Source: Antedon mediterranea (taxonomy: Eukaryota; Animalia; Echinodermata). Taken from it: 64,000 nucleotides of DNA. Both the position numbers and the translations under genes were made by a program. Position 1 is the first letter of the stretch. The number at the start of each line of letters is the position of its first letter. This document shows, piece after piece, positions 10,895 through 25,281 of the stretch. The notes below the pieces were generated by a model. It was not told the origin of the DNA. It made no database searches and saw only the letters and a program-made list of their open reading frames with translations. The stretch is taken from positions 25,798,437 to 25,862,436 of the forward strand of contig NC_092672.1 of NCBI RefSeq assembly GCF_964355755.1. The letters run 5' to 3'.

Positions 10895-13214
10895 CATCAA
10901 AAAGGTACATCCAGTCGCCTTTTCAACACTATCCCTGTTGCCATAGCAACTAAGGAGAAACCAACGCGCAGACCTAGGCTATACAGCATCTCGCGCACAT
11001 GTGTACATACTGTGTGATAACTAGTTCACCCTTCGAACTATACACAATCAAAACTATTATATAGATTTTCAAAATGCAATAACATTAATATCCATAGTAT
11101 CCTAAATATATCTAAAACAAGCTGATTCAACAATTAAAGTGATTTATCCATTTTAAACTAATATTTCTTACCTACAAAGGTACGACTGAAGTTTATGACT
11201 GATTTATCTAACTACAGGCAAAACAGTGCCGCGAAAAGTTACAATATGAAACGCCACAAATATTGTATGGAAGGCAACTGCGGCCAGCATAAAGATAATA
11301 AACAGTTGTATCACTCACATCAAAAGAAGGCTCTTTAAATGGACAATTATTAACACAGATACTTGCCTGAAATGTAGTAGAGGATGATGCAATGAAGAAA
11401 ATGCATTATGAAACTATAGTAACGTTTATACTGTACACAAATTTGGTATCGAAGTAAATTTTCGATATATTGTGATCGGTACAGGAAACATGTATGTCGA
11501 CCGCATTTTCTTGGATGCCTCTGTATTTACAAAGCACACATTAAACAATGTAAAGAAATGGACGGCTCACTCTCCCATCTTTTTATGACTGAAAAATATA
11601 ATAGCCTGTTAACATTGTTATATTTATGTAAATCTTATTATGCATATTATGTATTTGTATAAATACAGCGAGGTTACATAGTATTACTACTAGGGCCTAC
11701 TGTTTAACACAAGAAAGATAACGCAATATAAGGTTAACGCATGAGATGCTAAGCAACTAATATAACCATGGGACATAAACTAAACACAGGAGTAAAAAAA
11801 GCATTAGTTGTAACATTAAATCTTTCTTTTTCGTTTTGCGTATTTTATGAAATAATGTATCTATGCTTTATATATTTATGCTTGTATGTTATGCATTTGT
11901 GTGACATACAGTAGGCTACCGTACATCTGTAAAAAAGTATAAAAAAAGTAATTACATTACAGTAGTAAATGTATTTTCTGCAATTCATTTTATTATTAAA
12001 GTTTTGAAAGTGTTAGATGTAGAAGAGTATTCGAAAATGATGAAGGAATGGTGGATAATAAATAAAAAATATATAAACAATCCGATTTTACGAACGTACT
12101 CATTGACTAAATTGTCTTAGTGCTATAAAGAGAAATGAATATATAGAACAACATGGGAATAGGAAGATGTATGGAAATAATGTAATCCCCTTCTGATCTT
12201 TGAAATTAATATGAAACCATTTAATGGTGAACGCCAACAGAAGACAGAAAAATAAGATATATTTTGTAGTGAAATACATACAAATAATTTTTTTTAAATA
12301 ACATCAGGACAACCCATTATGTCGGCATAAATGTGAACAGTATTTCCTCTTCTTCTTTTTTTGGTGAAGGAGAACAATGAAAATTCCACTCGCCCAACTT
12401 TTGCTGAATATCACACTTTCCTTGATACGTACACACTTTCTTCGCCAATGGCACGTTATCTCCTTAAAATTAAGATGATTTATTTGGCTATATGGTATAC
12501 TTAATATTTGAAGTTTCACGTTTATTTTAATGAATATTCCTATTTATATATTAAATATTTAGTTTAACATTTTGCATTGTCTTATTTTTGTCTACTTTTA
12601 AGATATATTGTCAGATCCCCTGAAAAATTAATTTAATGCAAAAAAATAGTTAAATTGGCTGCCAGCCATTGGGTTTTGGTTGAACTTCCGTTTATTTTGT
12701 CATTTTATAAAACATTAATTTTGTTAAAACTACAAAGTGACCTATTCTAAGACTGATTTATTAATCTTCATTTGTCATGTTTTTGGACAATACGTCATTT
12801 TTAAATAGAGCAGTTTAAAGTGTATAACGTGTGAATGAGCTAAAAATATCCACTGATTTAAAATGATTAATGATTAAAATGATAATCATGCAAACAATAG
12901 AGAAAATCAACAAAGTTAAAAACACTGTAAACCAATTTTTCGTTGCCACATTTTAAAATTTGCGTCGCCATAATTTCACTTAGGCCTATACCAAGTTTGC
13001 GTTGCCACATTTTTACTTACTGTAAACTAATTTTGTAGTTTCTAATAAGTTTTCGTCACCATAATTTAAACCAAGTTTGTGTTTCCATATTTTTACTTAA
13101 ACCAACCTTGTTGAGAAATGTTCTACCTTTGTAATCTCTACGTACACCGCAGCCAACATCTTAAAATGTCATAACTTAAAGATGGAAGCGAACACTTCAG
13201 ATATTTCAGATAAT

Positions 13215-16200
13215 ATTTATTTAGATAATAATGAATGAATATATACAAAATAGAAAAAAGATATTAAAGTGAACATAGATAAAGCAGTAATTGGTAGTCA
13301 TTATTATCATGGATCCCTTCTAGAAGTTAAAAACTTGTCTCGTAGGGACCCACAAAAAAACACATTACTAAAAAAATAAAAATAACCTAGAATATATAAT
13401 TATATAATTTAGGATAAAAAATTACAGTATAATAACATAACTAATATCTTCTTTATAAAAATTATTCAAATTATATTTCTACCGATATTGGTAAATGAAA
13501 AAAAAAATATGTATACATAAATTATAATTCCAGTATATATATAGTATATACTATATATACATTATATATAGTATAGATTAAATATTGCAATAATAAACAA
13601 CAACTAATATTTTGTGTAAGACATAAATAGTATATGAGTATAAATAATGATAATAAGCATATTAACTAAGCAGTATAATATTTAGATATATAATGATTCT
13701 TTAACTTTTTTCGGAAAGTAAATAATGATATTGACGTTTTGATATTTGGTGGGATATGATTCCACAAATTAGGACCTGATATAGTTATAAAAAATTTAGT
13801 TTTAGTAAGTCTAGCAAAAGGAATGTTTAAATGAGAATTTCTTGAATTGTAATTGTGAAATTTGGTACGTTTACAGAGCATATCAATCATAGAAATAGGA
13901 AGTTGGTTTTTAAAATAATTAAACATAAAACTGGCAACTTGAACATTGTGGATATCCGTTAATTTTAATATACCAAGACGTTTAAAAAGGGGTTCTGATG
14001 AGGTTCTATATGGTGAAAAAGTAATAATTCTAGCTGCACGTTTTTGTAATTTAGTTAATCTAGCAATATTAGAAGAGTAATCTGCAGCCCAAATAATGTT
14101 ACAATACTGGAAATAAGGAAGTACAAGTGTGTTATAAAGAGAAATTAAAATATTTAGAGGGAAGAAGTGCTTAAGTCTGTTAATAATACTAATAGATCTT
14201 GATATTTTTTTCGAAACGTAATTTTGATGACTGGTCCATTTGAGGTTTTCATGAATATATACACCTAAAAAAAGTGTTTCAGTTTTGCGTTCAATTGGAA
14301 TTCCGTCAAGAAGTATATTTAGGTCATCAACTTTTAGTTTACGTTGAGAATTGTGAAAAATTAAATAATTTGTTTTAAGAGTATTAATAAGTAATTTGTT
14401 TGAAATAAACCAGTCACAAAATTTTGTTAATTCATCATTGAATGTAGTAAATAATAAATCAATATTGGAATTAGAGTAAAATAAGGTGGTGTCGTCGGCG
14501 AAGGATATTACTTGCAATTTGTTACTGACATTAGCCAGATCATTATCATAAATAAGGAAGAGCAATGGCCCAAGCACAGATCCCTGTGGCACTCCGCAAG
14601 TAATATCCATCGTCGACGATGTACAAGATCCTAATGCAACATATTGTTTTCTATCTTTCAAATAACTATTAAACCAATTCAATGAAATACCTCTAATTCC
14701 ATAGCACTCAAGTTTTTTAATTAAATTATCGTGATTAATAACATCGAAGGCCTTTGAAAGATCAATAAATAAACTTAATACATTTTCTTTTGATTCAAAT
14801 AAATTTGTAATATTATTAATAAGATCTAAAACGGCATGGGATGTAGAGTGATTTTTTCGAAAACCATATTGGCGTTTATTAAGTATATCAAATTTTGTGA
14901 GATAATCAGAAAGTTTAGAATACATGAGTTTTTCAATAATTTTGGAAAACATTGAAAGTAGTGATATTGGCCGGTAATTAGATAATTGACTTCGTTCACC
15001 TTTCTTGAAAATGGGCACAACTTTAGCTAGTTTTAAGTGTGTTGGAAAGTGCCAGATAAAAAAGATGAATTTATACAATGGGTAAGTTGGTAGATGATTA
15101 AGGGAGATACAGATTTTAAGACACGAGCAGTAATACCGTCAGATCCAGACCCTTTATTAGAATTTAGATTGTATATAGTTAGGTTAACATCATCAATTGA
15201 AACTGGGCTAATATAAAATGAGTTGGCAAACGCTGAATGAAGATAAGATAATGGATCAGTTATATTAGTTGGCATACTATTAATAAGATTAGGACCAATT
15301 GTAGAAAAATAGTTGTTAAATGATTCATATATCTCTTTTTGAGTTTTGTAAATACTATCACCGTCTTTAATTAGATTCGGGTGCTTGTTATTATTATTAC
15401 CTTTATTTAATAGAATTTATTACAAGCCATGTGTTCTTCAGATTACCTTTATATCTATCAAACTGGGAAGTATAATAATTCTTTTTAGCAGTGCGACGAC
15501 AAAGATTAGTGAAAATATTATTATATTTTGTATAGTTTAATTTGTCATTATTACTACGTGTGTGCATATATTTGTTATAAAGTTTATGTTTCCGAGAACT
15601 ACATTTTAAGAGAGCAGATGACATCCATGGTTGTTTAAACGTTTTATTTGATTTTATACTACTTTTAACCAAGTGTCTGGAGTGGATATTTGTAAATTTT
15701 TCAATAAATATATCAAAACTCAATCTTGGGTCACAATCAAATATCATAGACCAGTCTTCACCTTCTATATCAATCGATAAGGCATTTAGGTCGTTTATAC
15801 GAAATGAATAGTTGGCGCTATTATCATCAAGGTTTTGATCATTAATTTCTTGATCAATGAACTGAAATATAGGAAGGTGGTCGGAGATATCATTAAGTAA
15901 AACACCAGCAACTATTTTATAGTTAGATTGTTTGGAATAAAAATGATCAATCAAGGTGGCCGAAGTTGAGGTAATCCTAGTTGGTTTTGAAATAGTTGGA
16001 AAAAAAGAATAGGAAATTAAGGTATTTAGGTAGGTGTTTGTTAATGTATGGTTATGGAATTTTAATAAATCAATATTGAAGTCTCCCATGAGATGACAAT
16101 TTTTGTTTTCATTGTTAATTTGGGTTAATACATTATCGACGGATATAGTAAAAGAATCTAGCCCTCCACAGGGGGCTCTGTAAATAATGCCTATAATATC

Positions 16201-17525
16201 ATTTTTTGTCTTTGAATTTTCAATCTCAACAAAAAGTGATTCGGAAAGGTCGTCTGGTAATTTTAAGTCATTTCGAATTGTAATGCTAATATCATTACGT
16301 ATAAAAAATGCAACTCCTCCGCCAATTTGATTATTGCTTCTATTGCTTGCAAAGAAGGAGTAGTTATTAATGAAAGGAATAGGGGAGTTTTAATTAAGCC
16401 ATGTTTCACTGATACCGATTATGGAAAATTTGTTATTAATTGAATTAAAAAGGCATTCGAGATCATTAACTTTATGCGTAATACTTCTAATATTAAGATG
16501 CAGGAGAGATAGTTTAGTATTAAAGGATGTATTAAACTTAGAATTAAATTGTGAATAATCATAAAAGCTGCAGTCATCTAGGGTAACTGACTGTGAATTG
16601 AGATTATTAATTAGTTGATCAAAAGATTCATCATATTTGTCATTTTTATTGTAATTAACTGGATTAAAGGTTATGTTAGAAATATCATTGTTGTTAGTAA
16701 GTTCAGAGTTCACATTAAAGTCATAAAAAGGAAGTAAGTGAAGATAATTAACATTCATTAACAATAGCTGCGTATAGCGTTATCTAAAAAAGAAATACAG
16801 CAATAAGCATGCATGAGACTGTATACATTAATACATAATTAATGAGAAGCAAAATAAACAATTCTTGAAATAAAAATATATTATAGGTAATATTTCGGTT
16901 GACGGTAAGTAGAGTCAAAGTAAAGTTAAATTATTGCGACGACTAGAATTACTCAGTAGCTTCGGGGGCATGTGCTTCCTTGGGGTTCGGGTAGTATTTG
17001 GCAAGATGATCCATGTCGATGAATGTGCGAACATAACCATTTGCATCTATGTAACGCAATTTGTCAAGGTGGAGCCAGGCCTTTACTTTGTTGGAATGCA
17101 GGTATTTCATCGATGAGTATAATGCCTTTCTTCTACTTATCACTCTGCTGGTAAAATCATTATTTACGTAGATGTTATTATCTTTAAATTTAGGTCTCAC
17201 TTTTGGAGCTGCCTTGCGTACTCTTTCTTTAGCGGAATATCTGAAAAAGTATGCAACAAGTGGTCTCGGTTTATCCCTGGTGGTATTACGTGGTCCAACT
17301 CGATGGGCTCGTTGTATATCATCATTAGCGATTTTGATGCCGGTGGTATTGGAAATAAATGAGGAAAGGAAATTAACAGTACCTTCACTATCCTCCGCTT
17401 GTTCGGGTATGCCAGTAAACCTCAGATTGTTACGGCGTTGACGTCCTTCTAGGTTGTCGATTTTGTCGCGTATCTCTTCTATGCATTCCGTAGTGGATTG
17501 CTGCGTATCCTCGGCAATATCCTAC
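13215..17525 (-). mobile_element. CR1/L2-group (Crack-like) LINE, near full length, frameshifted
   Basis: ORF1 remnants (RRNNLRFTGIPE, RAHRVG, IYVNNDFT) at 16949-17520; endonuclease (HLNIRSI, GISETWL, MGDFNID, SDHLP); RT (NYRPISLL, GVPQGSVLGP, FADDT). Boundaries approximate. Confidence 0.88.
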
Positions 17526-18559
17526 TACAGAGTGTGTTGTGAAACAAATGATACAAAATACACGTAGGCCTATATAATTGAATGAACATTTTTATTGTTT
17601 TCCCCGAGTACCGTAAACAATAATATCACTATAAAAAACAAATTCTGATTAAACACAGAATGGACGGATGACTGGCTTCTTATGTTATTTTTAATTATTA
17701 AAAGATTTACCGTGTGAAAAGCCACACGGATAAATGTTGTTGGATATCGTCACAAACAGCAATGACAGCAACTGTATCATGTAAGTTGCCCGAGACATTA
17801 GCCCTAAGTGACCACTCAAAATGATGTTAACAAGTCAAGAGCTACACGGCAAATTCCTTTTACATTGACCGCAACTTTATGAACCGTGAAATTTGCAAAA
17901 AGTCACATTTTTAAAAATTTGTTATTCAATTTGAAAATGTGAGGATTTTCTTGCGAAAATTGTTTCAAATTACCCAGAAAATGTCGAACAGCTGATGATA
18001 CAAGTTGGTGGCATGCTTTTTTCCCATCATGTTAAGGCCAAAAAAAAATATGAATAACGCACGAGTCTAGTTATGTTATTCTATGATAAATAATTACATA
18101 CTAGACCGGAGTTATACAACACACTTCTCATATGCGTGTTGAATATGCGTGTAATACAGTAGCGTGTTGTATAAACGCACTCCATTTTTAATTTTTAGCT
18201 TGTGGCCGAGGTCAACCGCCCATAAACTTTGCAGTTATACAGTACATTAAATCGTGATACCATGTTATATCGTAGTCCATAATCCCAAGTTGTATTTTAC
18301 TCATGTATACTCATTTTATTAAGGATTTTAACATAGAATGATTCGTTTAAAATTTAATTTCTTCAGATTGATTTTTTAAATCTGCTTTTGAAATTTGAAG
18401 AAAAAAACTTTTTAAAATTAGGATAAAACTATGTTAAATTTTGCCAAATTATGTCAACATTTGATTAGGGTTAATGTTAAATCGGTTTAAATATGCAAAA
18501 CAAGCATAATTATATACTAAATGTGGGCAAAATTGTCACAGCACATACTTTCACACATT

Positions 18560-18670
18560 TTTAGTCGCGTGGACGCGACTCTATAGTTCACTATGTTGGT
18601 CGGTCGGTCTGTCTGTCGGTCCGGTATCACTATGCGTTTTAGCACGCGACTTATGGCTGTTGGCCTTGTT
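18560..18670 (+). mobile_element. DINE-1/HINE-like non-autonomous Helentron element
   Basis: TTTAGTCGCGTG subterminal inverted repeat, (GTCN)n microsatellite, CACGCGACT plus GGCTGTTGGCC stem-loop; T-rich target. Confidence 0.75.
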
Positions 18671-18793
18671 TGTAGGCGTGTTGATTATGCGTGTAATAGC
18701 GTGTCGTATAAACGCGCCCATCTATGTTTACATTCATAATTTATGTCGTAATTACACTCATTATTATTATAATTATTAATCATTTATGCCGTA

Positions 18794-19191
18794 AGGCCCA
18801 TTCACACTAGGACGATAACGATCGACGATAAATATATAAGCATGCATTTTTTTAACATAAAACAAAAGAAATTAGAAAGGGTTTCGTTCTAGGACTATAG
18901 GATAATCATTTATGCTGTCTTTGATAAAAATAATATTTTAAAAATTCCAATCAAATGACGTCATGATACATAAAAACAATAAAATCGTTGTATTGTCACG
19001 ATATTATTGCTCTTATAATCATGACGTCATTTGATTGGACGTGTGAAAATATCATTTTCATCAAAGAAAGCATAGATGGTTATTCTATAGTTCTAGAATG
19101 AAAAGGTTTTAATTTCTTTTATTTTATGTATGAAAAATGCAAATTATTGTCTATTATCGTCGATCGTTATCGTCCTAGTGTGAATGGGCCT
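18794..19191. mobile_element. PIF/Harbinger-type MITE, near-complete palindrome
   Basis: TIR AGGCCCATTCACACTAGGACGATAACGATCGACGATA with its reverse complement at the right end; TA-rich flanks. Confidence 0.8.
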
Positions 19192-19453
19192 TTAACCTGG
19201 TTGAAGTACATTATGCGACCAGGTATGTGTATTCAAGTAGTCGGACCCTTCTGAAAAGTGACGTCAATTTTGACGTCAAAATGTCCTTGAATTCTGGAGT
19301 TGTAATGGTAATTATAAAACTAGTAATAAAATAATAGCATAAAACAAAAACTTATACGGACAATTTTAATGTGAAATAATAATAATTTAATAACTGAAAA
19401 ACCAAAATAAATTGTGGAATCTACGGATTTTTAAAAGTGTTAATAAAGTATTG

Positions 19454-22400
19454 CTAAATAGACCTATGAGGCTTATGCCTCTTAATTGGATTTCTTTTTG
19501 GTGTAGATACTGGTCCAGGTTTATGCAATTTTGATCTTGAATGATATCTGTTATCATATTTTGACATATTTAAAATCATTGCTGCGCGTCTAATTGTTCC
19601 TGTAAACTGTATATCGCTCAGTAACATATATCTGCAAGTTTGTCCAGATACTGGGTTCACTTTGTACGTGTATGCTCTGTGATCTACTAGTGGCCTATCG
19701 TCTAGCATCGTACAATCACTAAATGTTGAATTCAATTTAACTTCAAATTCCATTAAATCTTTTTTAAAATCGGGACCGTACTCTGCAACTTTTTGCCAAA
19801 ATGTTTTGTTGAAAAAATCGTAGAGTATTACGTCTGCGGAATTCCAGTCACGTGATTTTTGTTTCAGATTATCCGAGAGACCGAAACGCAAGTTTGTAAC
19901 TCTCACTCCTTTAATAATGTATAAAATATCATCCATGTTCCAACACAAAAGTTTGTTAAGCAAAAGTAGAGACTCGTTAAAATATTCCTGTAGAAGAACC
20001 AGGCTAAATTCCCGTGCTATGGTTTTAATGTGCAATTGAACTTGATCAACATTCGAATATTCAGAAGGATCGAGACCCAAATCGTACAATAAAGGATTTT
20101 TTAAATAGTTTCGCATCGGGAACTTCTGATATTTATCTAAGAAATATTGCGGTTTAGATATAAATTGCTCAAATGGGTTTGCCCGTTGTGACAAATTCAA
20201 ATGTCGAAAAATTTGGAAGTATCCGAAAATGGATTCCGCTTGCGTTGCCGGATCGCGTAAAATGGTGATGTACTTTGTGTCTGGTTTCATCACGGCATCC
20301 ATCTCTTTCCGATTGTATCGAACGTGGTTCACCAGTATATCGTACTTCTTACGAACGGCAGGACGTTTATATAAGCCTGCACTAATCACATGGCCTCGCC
20401 TTGGAAGGACAAAACTTAAATTACGAAGAAATCCAAATCTTTGAAATATAGATGTTATAGTTGAACTTCCGGTTTTGTGCGTCTTTAGAAACACAATGCG
20501 CGTAGATGGTTTGCATTTGCTGTTATCTGACGTTTCTCGAATACCGTTTGATGCATTTGTTTGTTTAATACTATTTGTTGAAATGACTTGTTTGTCAATG
20601 CGATCTACAACGTTTGGTTTCATCATTGTAGGCATACCTCTCTTCGAGTTTTTGCTAATCGATGTTACATTGATGAGTTTTGGAGGCGACGGAGTTACTT
20701 CTTGGTTTCCTGAAACATGTTTCGTAGCTTTACCTGTACTTCCATTTGTCTTGCCTGTTACAAGAGGATCTTTTGAAGAATTTTGAAGATTAGCAAGCTT
20801 TCGTTCATTCTCACTAACAACAACACCATCTATTTTTACCTTCTCGATTTGAGAACCTATTTTATCAGCTGTCAAAACCTTCGTGTCGTTTCCTTTTAAA
20901 TGACTTGTAGAATTTTCACTTTGATTTCCTGATCGATAGTTTGTTTCTAAACTGTTAACTTGTTTTGAATCTGGATGAGATTCAGTTATCAATACAGCTG
21001 ACGTCACAGTTTGATTATCGTTTCTTTTAACATCACTGTCATTGACAACATCATGTGTTTTAAAATGATTGTCATGTGATGATGTTTTTGGAAAAGTTGT
21101 CGTATTCTTTCCTTTATTGTATTCAGCTAATAATCGGTTGTTATTTTGAAGAAGCGTAGGTCTACTGCTATTGTGACTTTTACCAAATTCTTGCTCAATT
21201 CTAAATGAAGATAAAAAAAGATAAAAACACGAATCATTAGAAATGTTGGTCTATTGTCGTTTTATGTATTGACAACAAGATTTTGACAATAATATGATTG
21301 TGTAGGTACAGGTAGGTAGTCACATCTGTCGACAACAGTCAAACACATTACAATGCATGTGCATTTTGTATTCAACTTAAGTAACAAGACATTTAATTAA
21401 TACATTTAATGGAATGTAGGAAGTAAATGGTAAATTAGCTTGCCATGATGGTTGTATTGTCACACAAGCTGGTACATTATATTATGGTCATTATATAAAA
21501 TGCGAAATAAATACGACTTTTTGCATAAAGTTTACATCAACGTTTTAATTATGAGGTTCTTCGCATTAATAATCTTTGTTATCAATTTCTGTTTGCCACC
21601 GAACCACAATCAATTTTTCTCTTTTCGTAGACACATTTAGTTAGAGACAATGCAAGCGAATTGATTGCTATCGAGAGTTTGGATGACCCAGGGCTTATGA
21701 TTGGTCCTTGCATTGCGTCTCTAGTGTGAATGGTTCACAGTAGGTCGGTTTTATATATGTAAACGCAGTCGGTTTTGGTTCGTTGGGCACAAAATCCGAC
21801 TATGTGTGAACCCATTCGGCCTAATTATAAGATCTGATTTGTCATCTTTAAAATTGCCCAATTTATACAGAGCCGTTGGGCTTGTATTCTGATATCTGCT
21901 AAAATACTCTTAAATTTATCATTTTCGATTTTTGTGACATTTATAAATCAACATAATTGCAAAGCTCTTAACAGTAACAAGGTCATTCACATGGATACGA
22001 TGATTTTAATTGACAACAAAGTAGACAACTTTCAAGAAAAAAAGAAGAAAAGACTAAGATGCTCGTAGCGTGTGTTTCAAATGGTGTAACATAAGACATT
22101 TGTTTTTAAAGATAAATTAATCTCATTTTAAATAGTACAATACAATATGTATGTGTGTGTGAAAAGGAGTCAAACAAATAGCTTTCGCTAAGCGAGGTTT
22201 GACTCCTGTCACAAAAATAAATTAGTCATAATGCATAAATTTTGATCTATCAACAATAATTCAATAAGAAAGAAACAGCAACTAATAAAAGAAATAAAGT
22301 AAACAAGGGCTAACATTAATATTTTTGTAAAAGTAAACATTTAACTTCATTTATGAATTTAAATCTAGAAGAGGTACATTTTAGAACTAAGGGTAAATTG

Positions 22401-23261
22401 TTCCAATAGTGATACACAATATACAATTATGATTGAAGTATAAAACGTTTATTTGAGATATATCAATATAGATTGTTCATTCAGCAGACAACATCTGCAA
22501 GCAAACACTCTTTTTGTCCATTTCTAATTGATTGGATTCGATAACTGTCCGATAACACTGTCATTTGAACGATAATATAGTTAATGAAGAGGATACTATG
22601 CTTTGAATGATCCAACTCCCTTTCAGTACTTTATAGACCGTACACGTTTACACTGTCATTGACAGACTTAAGCATACGTTCACATTAAGCTGTTAGGGGC
22701 CAACAAATTCTAATTCTGTGAAATCCGTGATGTAAACATATTGCTTGGTTGTCCGTCCGGTGATCATGGCTTTACTAGTACTGTACATTTTTTTTTGTAA
22801 TAATCACTCAGGCCTACTTAATTGAAATTTTTTTTCAGTATAAATATGGAATAATTTATTTCTGCTTTGGGACACACGCTTATTCAGGAGACAATGTTTT
22901 AACACTGCGGGAAAACCATCAGGGGAAACCTCTTTTAAGAGGACCTTTTCCCGTAAAACGAACGGGAATTGTGTTTGAACACTGAATTGATGGTCTACTT
23001 TTAATAATAGGGGTTATTATTAATAGTAGTACTAGTATTATTATTCAGGGGATGGACACCTCTTTAAGGGAGCACTTTCTCGTAACGAATAGGATCGCTT
23101 TAATAAGGATTCTGTACTTAAATCTAAGTATGAACTTACTTGTTCTTTCTAAAGTCTAGGTATCTGTTCTTGAAGTCCAAACGTTGCTGGTAGTAATATA
23201 ATGACGCTGGAAGCATGACAACAAGCACCACTAATAAATATCGACTATAACGTTTCGACAT
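19454..23261 (-). CDS. Galactose-3-O-sulfotransferase (GAL3ST family), exons 23261-23140 and 21200-19454, about 622 aa
   Basis: Exon 1 MSKRYSRYLLVVLVVMLPASLYYY is a type II membrane anchor; phase-2 GT-AG intron; long S/T/N/K-rich stem; PAPS motifs VFLKTHKTGSST and YITILRDP; ESLLLL..LLCW and WNSAD..LYDFFNKTFW. Confidence 0.92.
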
Positions 23262-25281
23262 CTCGTTTGGTAACAGAAATAAGTACTGTACTAAAAAATA
23301 TACAGTTACACCACAACCATCAAGCACAATGTCTTAATCCCTATGGAGATAATATCCCAACATTTTAATGTATTTCAAACGAAACAATGGTTTAAAATAA
23401 TTGCAGAGAATTGACCAATCAGTGATTCGTATCGTATCAGACACGTCAGAGATCCTCAAATAATTAATACAACAGGGTGTACATTATTTGTTTTGATGAT
23501 CATGACAAATAATTTGTTCATCATAGGCCTACATTAAAAAAAGATCAAACATGAACATATGAGAGGGTTTTATAGTAGGACTTTGTTGTTTTGTATTTTC
23601 AATCTGCTAATGGCGACTGTTCGTTTTCAAGAAGCGACTACGCATCTATTGAGCCTTATGGTCATTCTGCGCTTGCTAACATGCTTCTGAGCATGTGCAA
23701 ATGACTTTACGATGCAGTTTATTGATTATTGTATGTTTTCATCGCAACAGCGAAACCGTCGAGCCACTTAGCAGTTATCTGAAGGTTACATTTTGACGTA
23801 GCTTGTCGCAATGAAATCACAATGAAATCAACAGTCATATATAATTGTTCAGCAGGAACACTAATTTCTCTAACCGACTTTCATTTGATTAGAACATAGT
23901 GTAGAGCTACATACAAATATCGAACAATGAACATGTCGCAAATTATAACATCAGTACTTAGAAACCAAAGATAGCTAAACGTGTACCGAGACGTCTCATC
24001 GTATCTATATTTTCAATTCCAATAATATTATAACATTCATTTCCTTACTTTTTGATTAAAACATTAATATGAATATATAAATATAGTATAAATAGATAAT
24101 AAAAGAAGGAAATAAAAGATAATAAAACGAAAGAAAACATGACCCCAGGAAGATAAAGGATTTTGAATACGGTGGTCTGCCCTGACAACTGTGTACGAAG
24201 GGACAGGGATACCGTACAAACGTAAGGACGTTGACCAATGACAAGCAACAGTTTATGTTGGCCCTTATAATAGCCACGAAGTGTGGTTGCTTACCAACCA
24301 GGAAGATGGTTGGTGAATTATTATTTAAAAAAATTACAGAAATAAAGTTAATTAAAAATTTGATGATTATTTTTATTACTAACCGGGATGTGAGGTTGAT
24401 GAATATTCACTACCCACCAGGAAATTACACAGGCTAGGGCAATCAGTCTATAATTATCCTTGCTTGTAATGTCGCCTGACTTAGATTTTACGATAGATAC
24501 AAGAATGACATCAGTCATACCTCTTATCTTGGGACCGTACCGTATTTTAAACAAAGGTTAAAACAAATACTAAGTAGAACTGAGAGTTTCCACTAGCATA
24601 GCGCAAGTGCTCACTGGACAGGCCATCACATCCAGCAGACTTACCCAGAGCTAACTTAGATATATAATCATTAATACCACGAGGGGAGACAAACAACTCA
24701 TCACTATGCATAGATGATCTATCTAGTTCATCTAAAACAAATTGCTTGTTACAATCATTTTTAACACAGTTAAATAATGTTTCGTAATGTTTAGCCCAAA
24801 GCTTACAGATATCATTTTCGCCTTTTACGCAATCAATGTGATCAGGTCGACAGGCAGTTTGGCTTATATTCATTTTTGCAATATTTCCCCAGAAATTATT
24901 ATAGTCATTTTCAAATAGAGATTTTGCCAAGGCATCAGCTTTATATATCTCTTCGTTAGTTTTACATTGACGAAGAGCTAACTTAAATTTAGACCTACTA
25001 ATTCTCATAGAATCATAAAGTGGACCAAAACGGGGCTTATTTTCCCTCCATAATAGAAAGGCTTCTCTAGCAATATCATGTTGTTCACTAACATATTTAT
25101 TCCAACCGGGGATGACCTCAAAATTCTTGGCACATCTCGGTTTAAAGGCGACATTGGATGCCTCTTGAAGACATGTAACAATAGTATCATACAATATATT
25201 AACATAATCACTGTGATTGTGCTCAGTACAATTGATATTACTACAATTTATAATTTCAGCATCAATCTCAATTTTACTTAA

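Larger units (their letters stand above)
4044..11291 (-). mobile_element. BEL/Pao LTR retrotransposon, non-autonomous (RT deleted), TSD AAGAT
   Basis: LTRs 4044-4673 and 10220-11291; AAGAT at 4039-4043 and 11292-11296; PPT GGGGGGAG next to the 3' LTR; Gag Cys-His boxes, NPAD motif, integrase and Pao C-terminal motif (RPIHELVLL). Confidence 0.93.

Noticed and set aside
23983-24431. Possible solo LTR truncating the LINE
   Set aside because: TG/CA ends are present but there is no TSD or partner copy.
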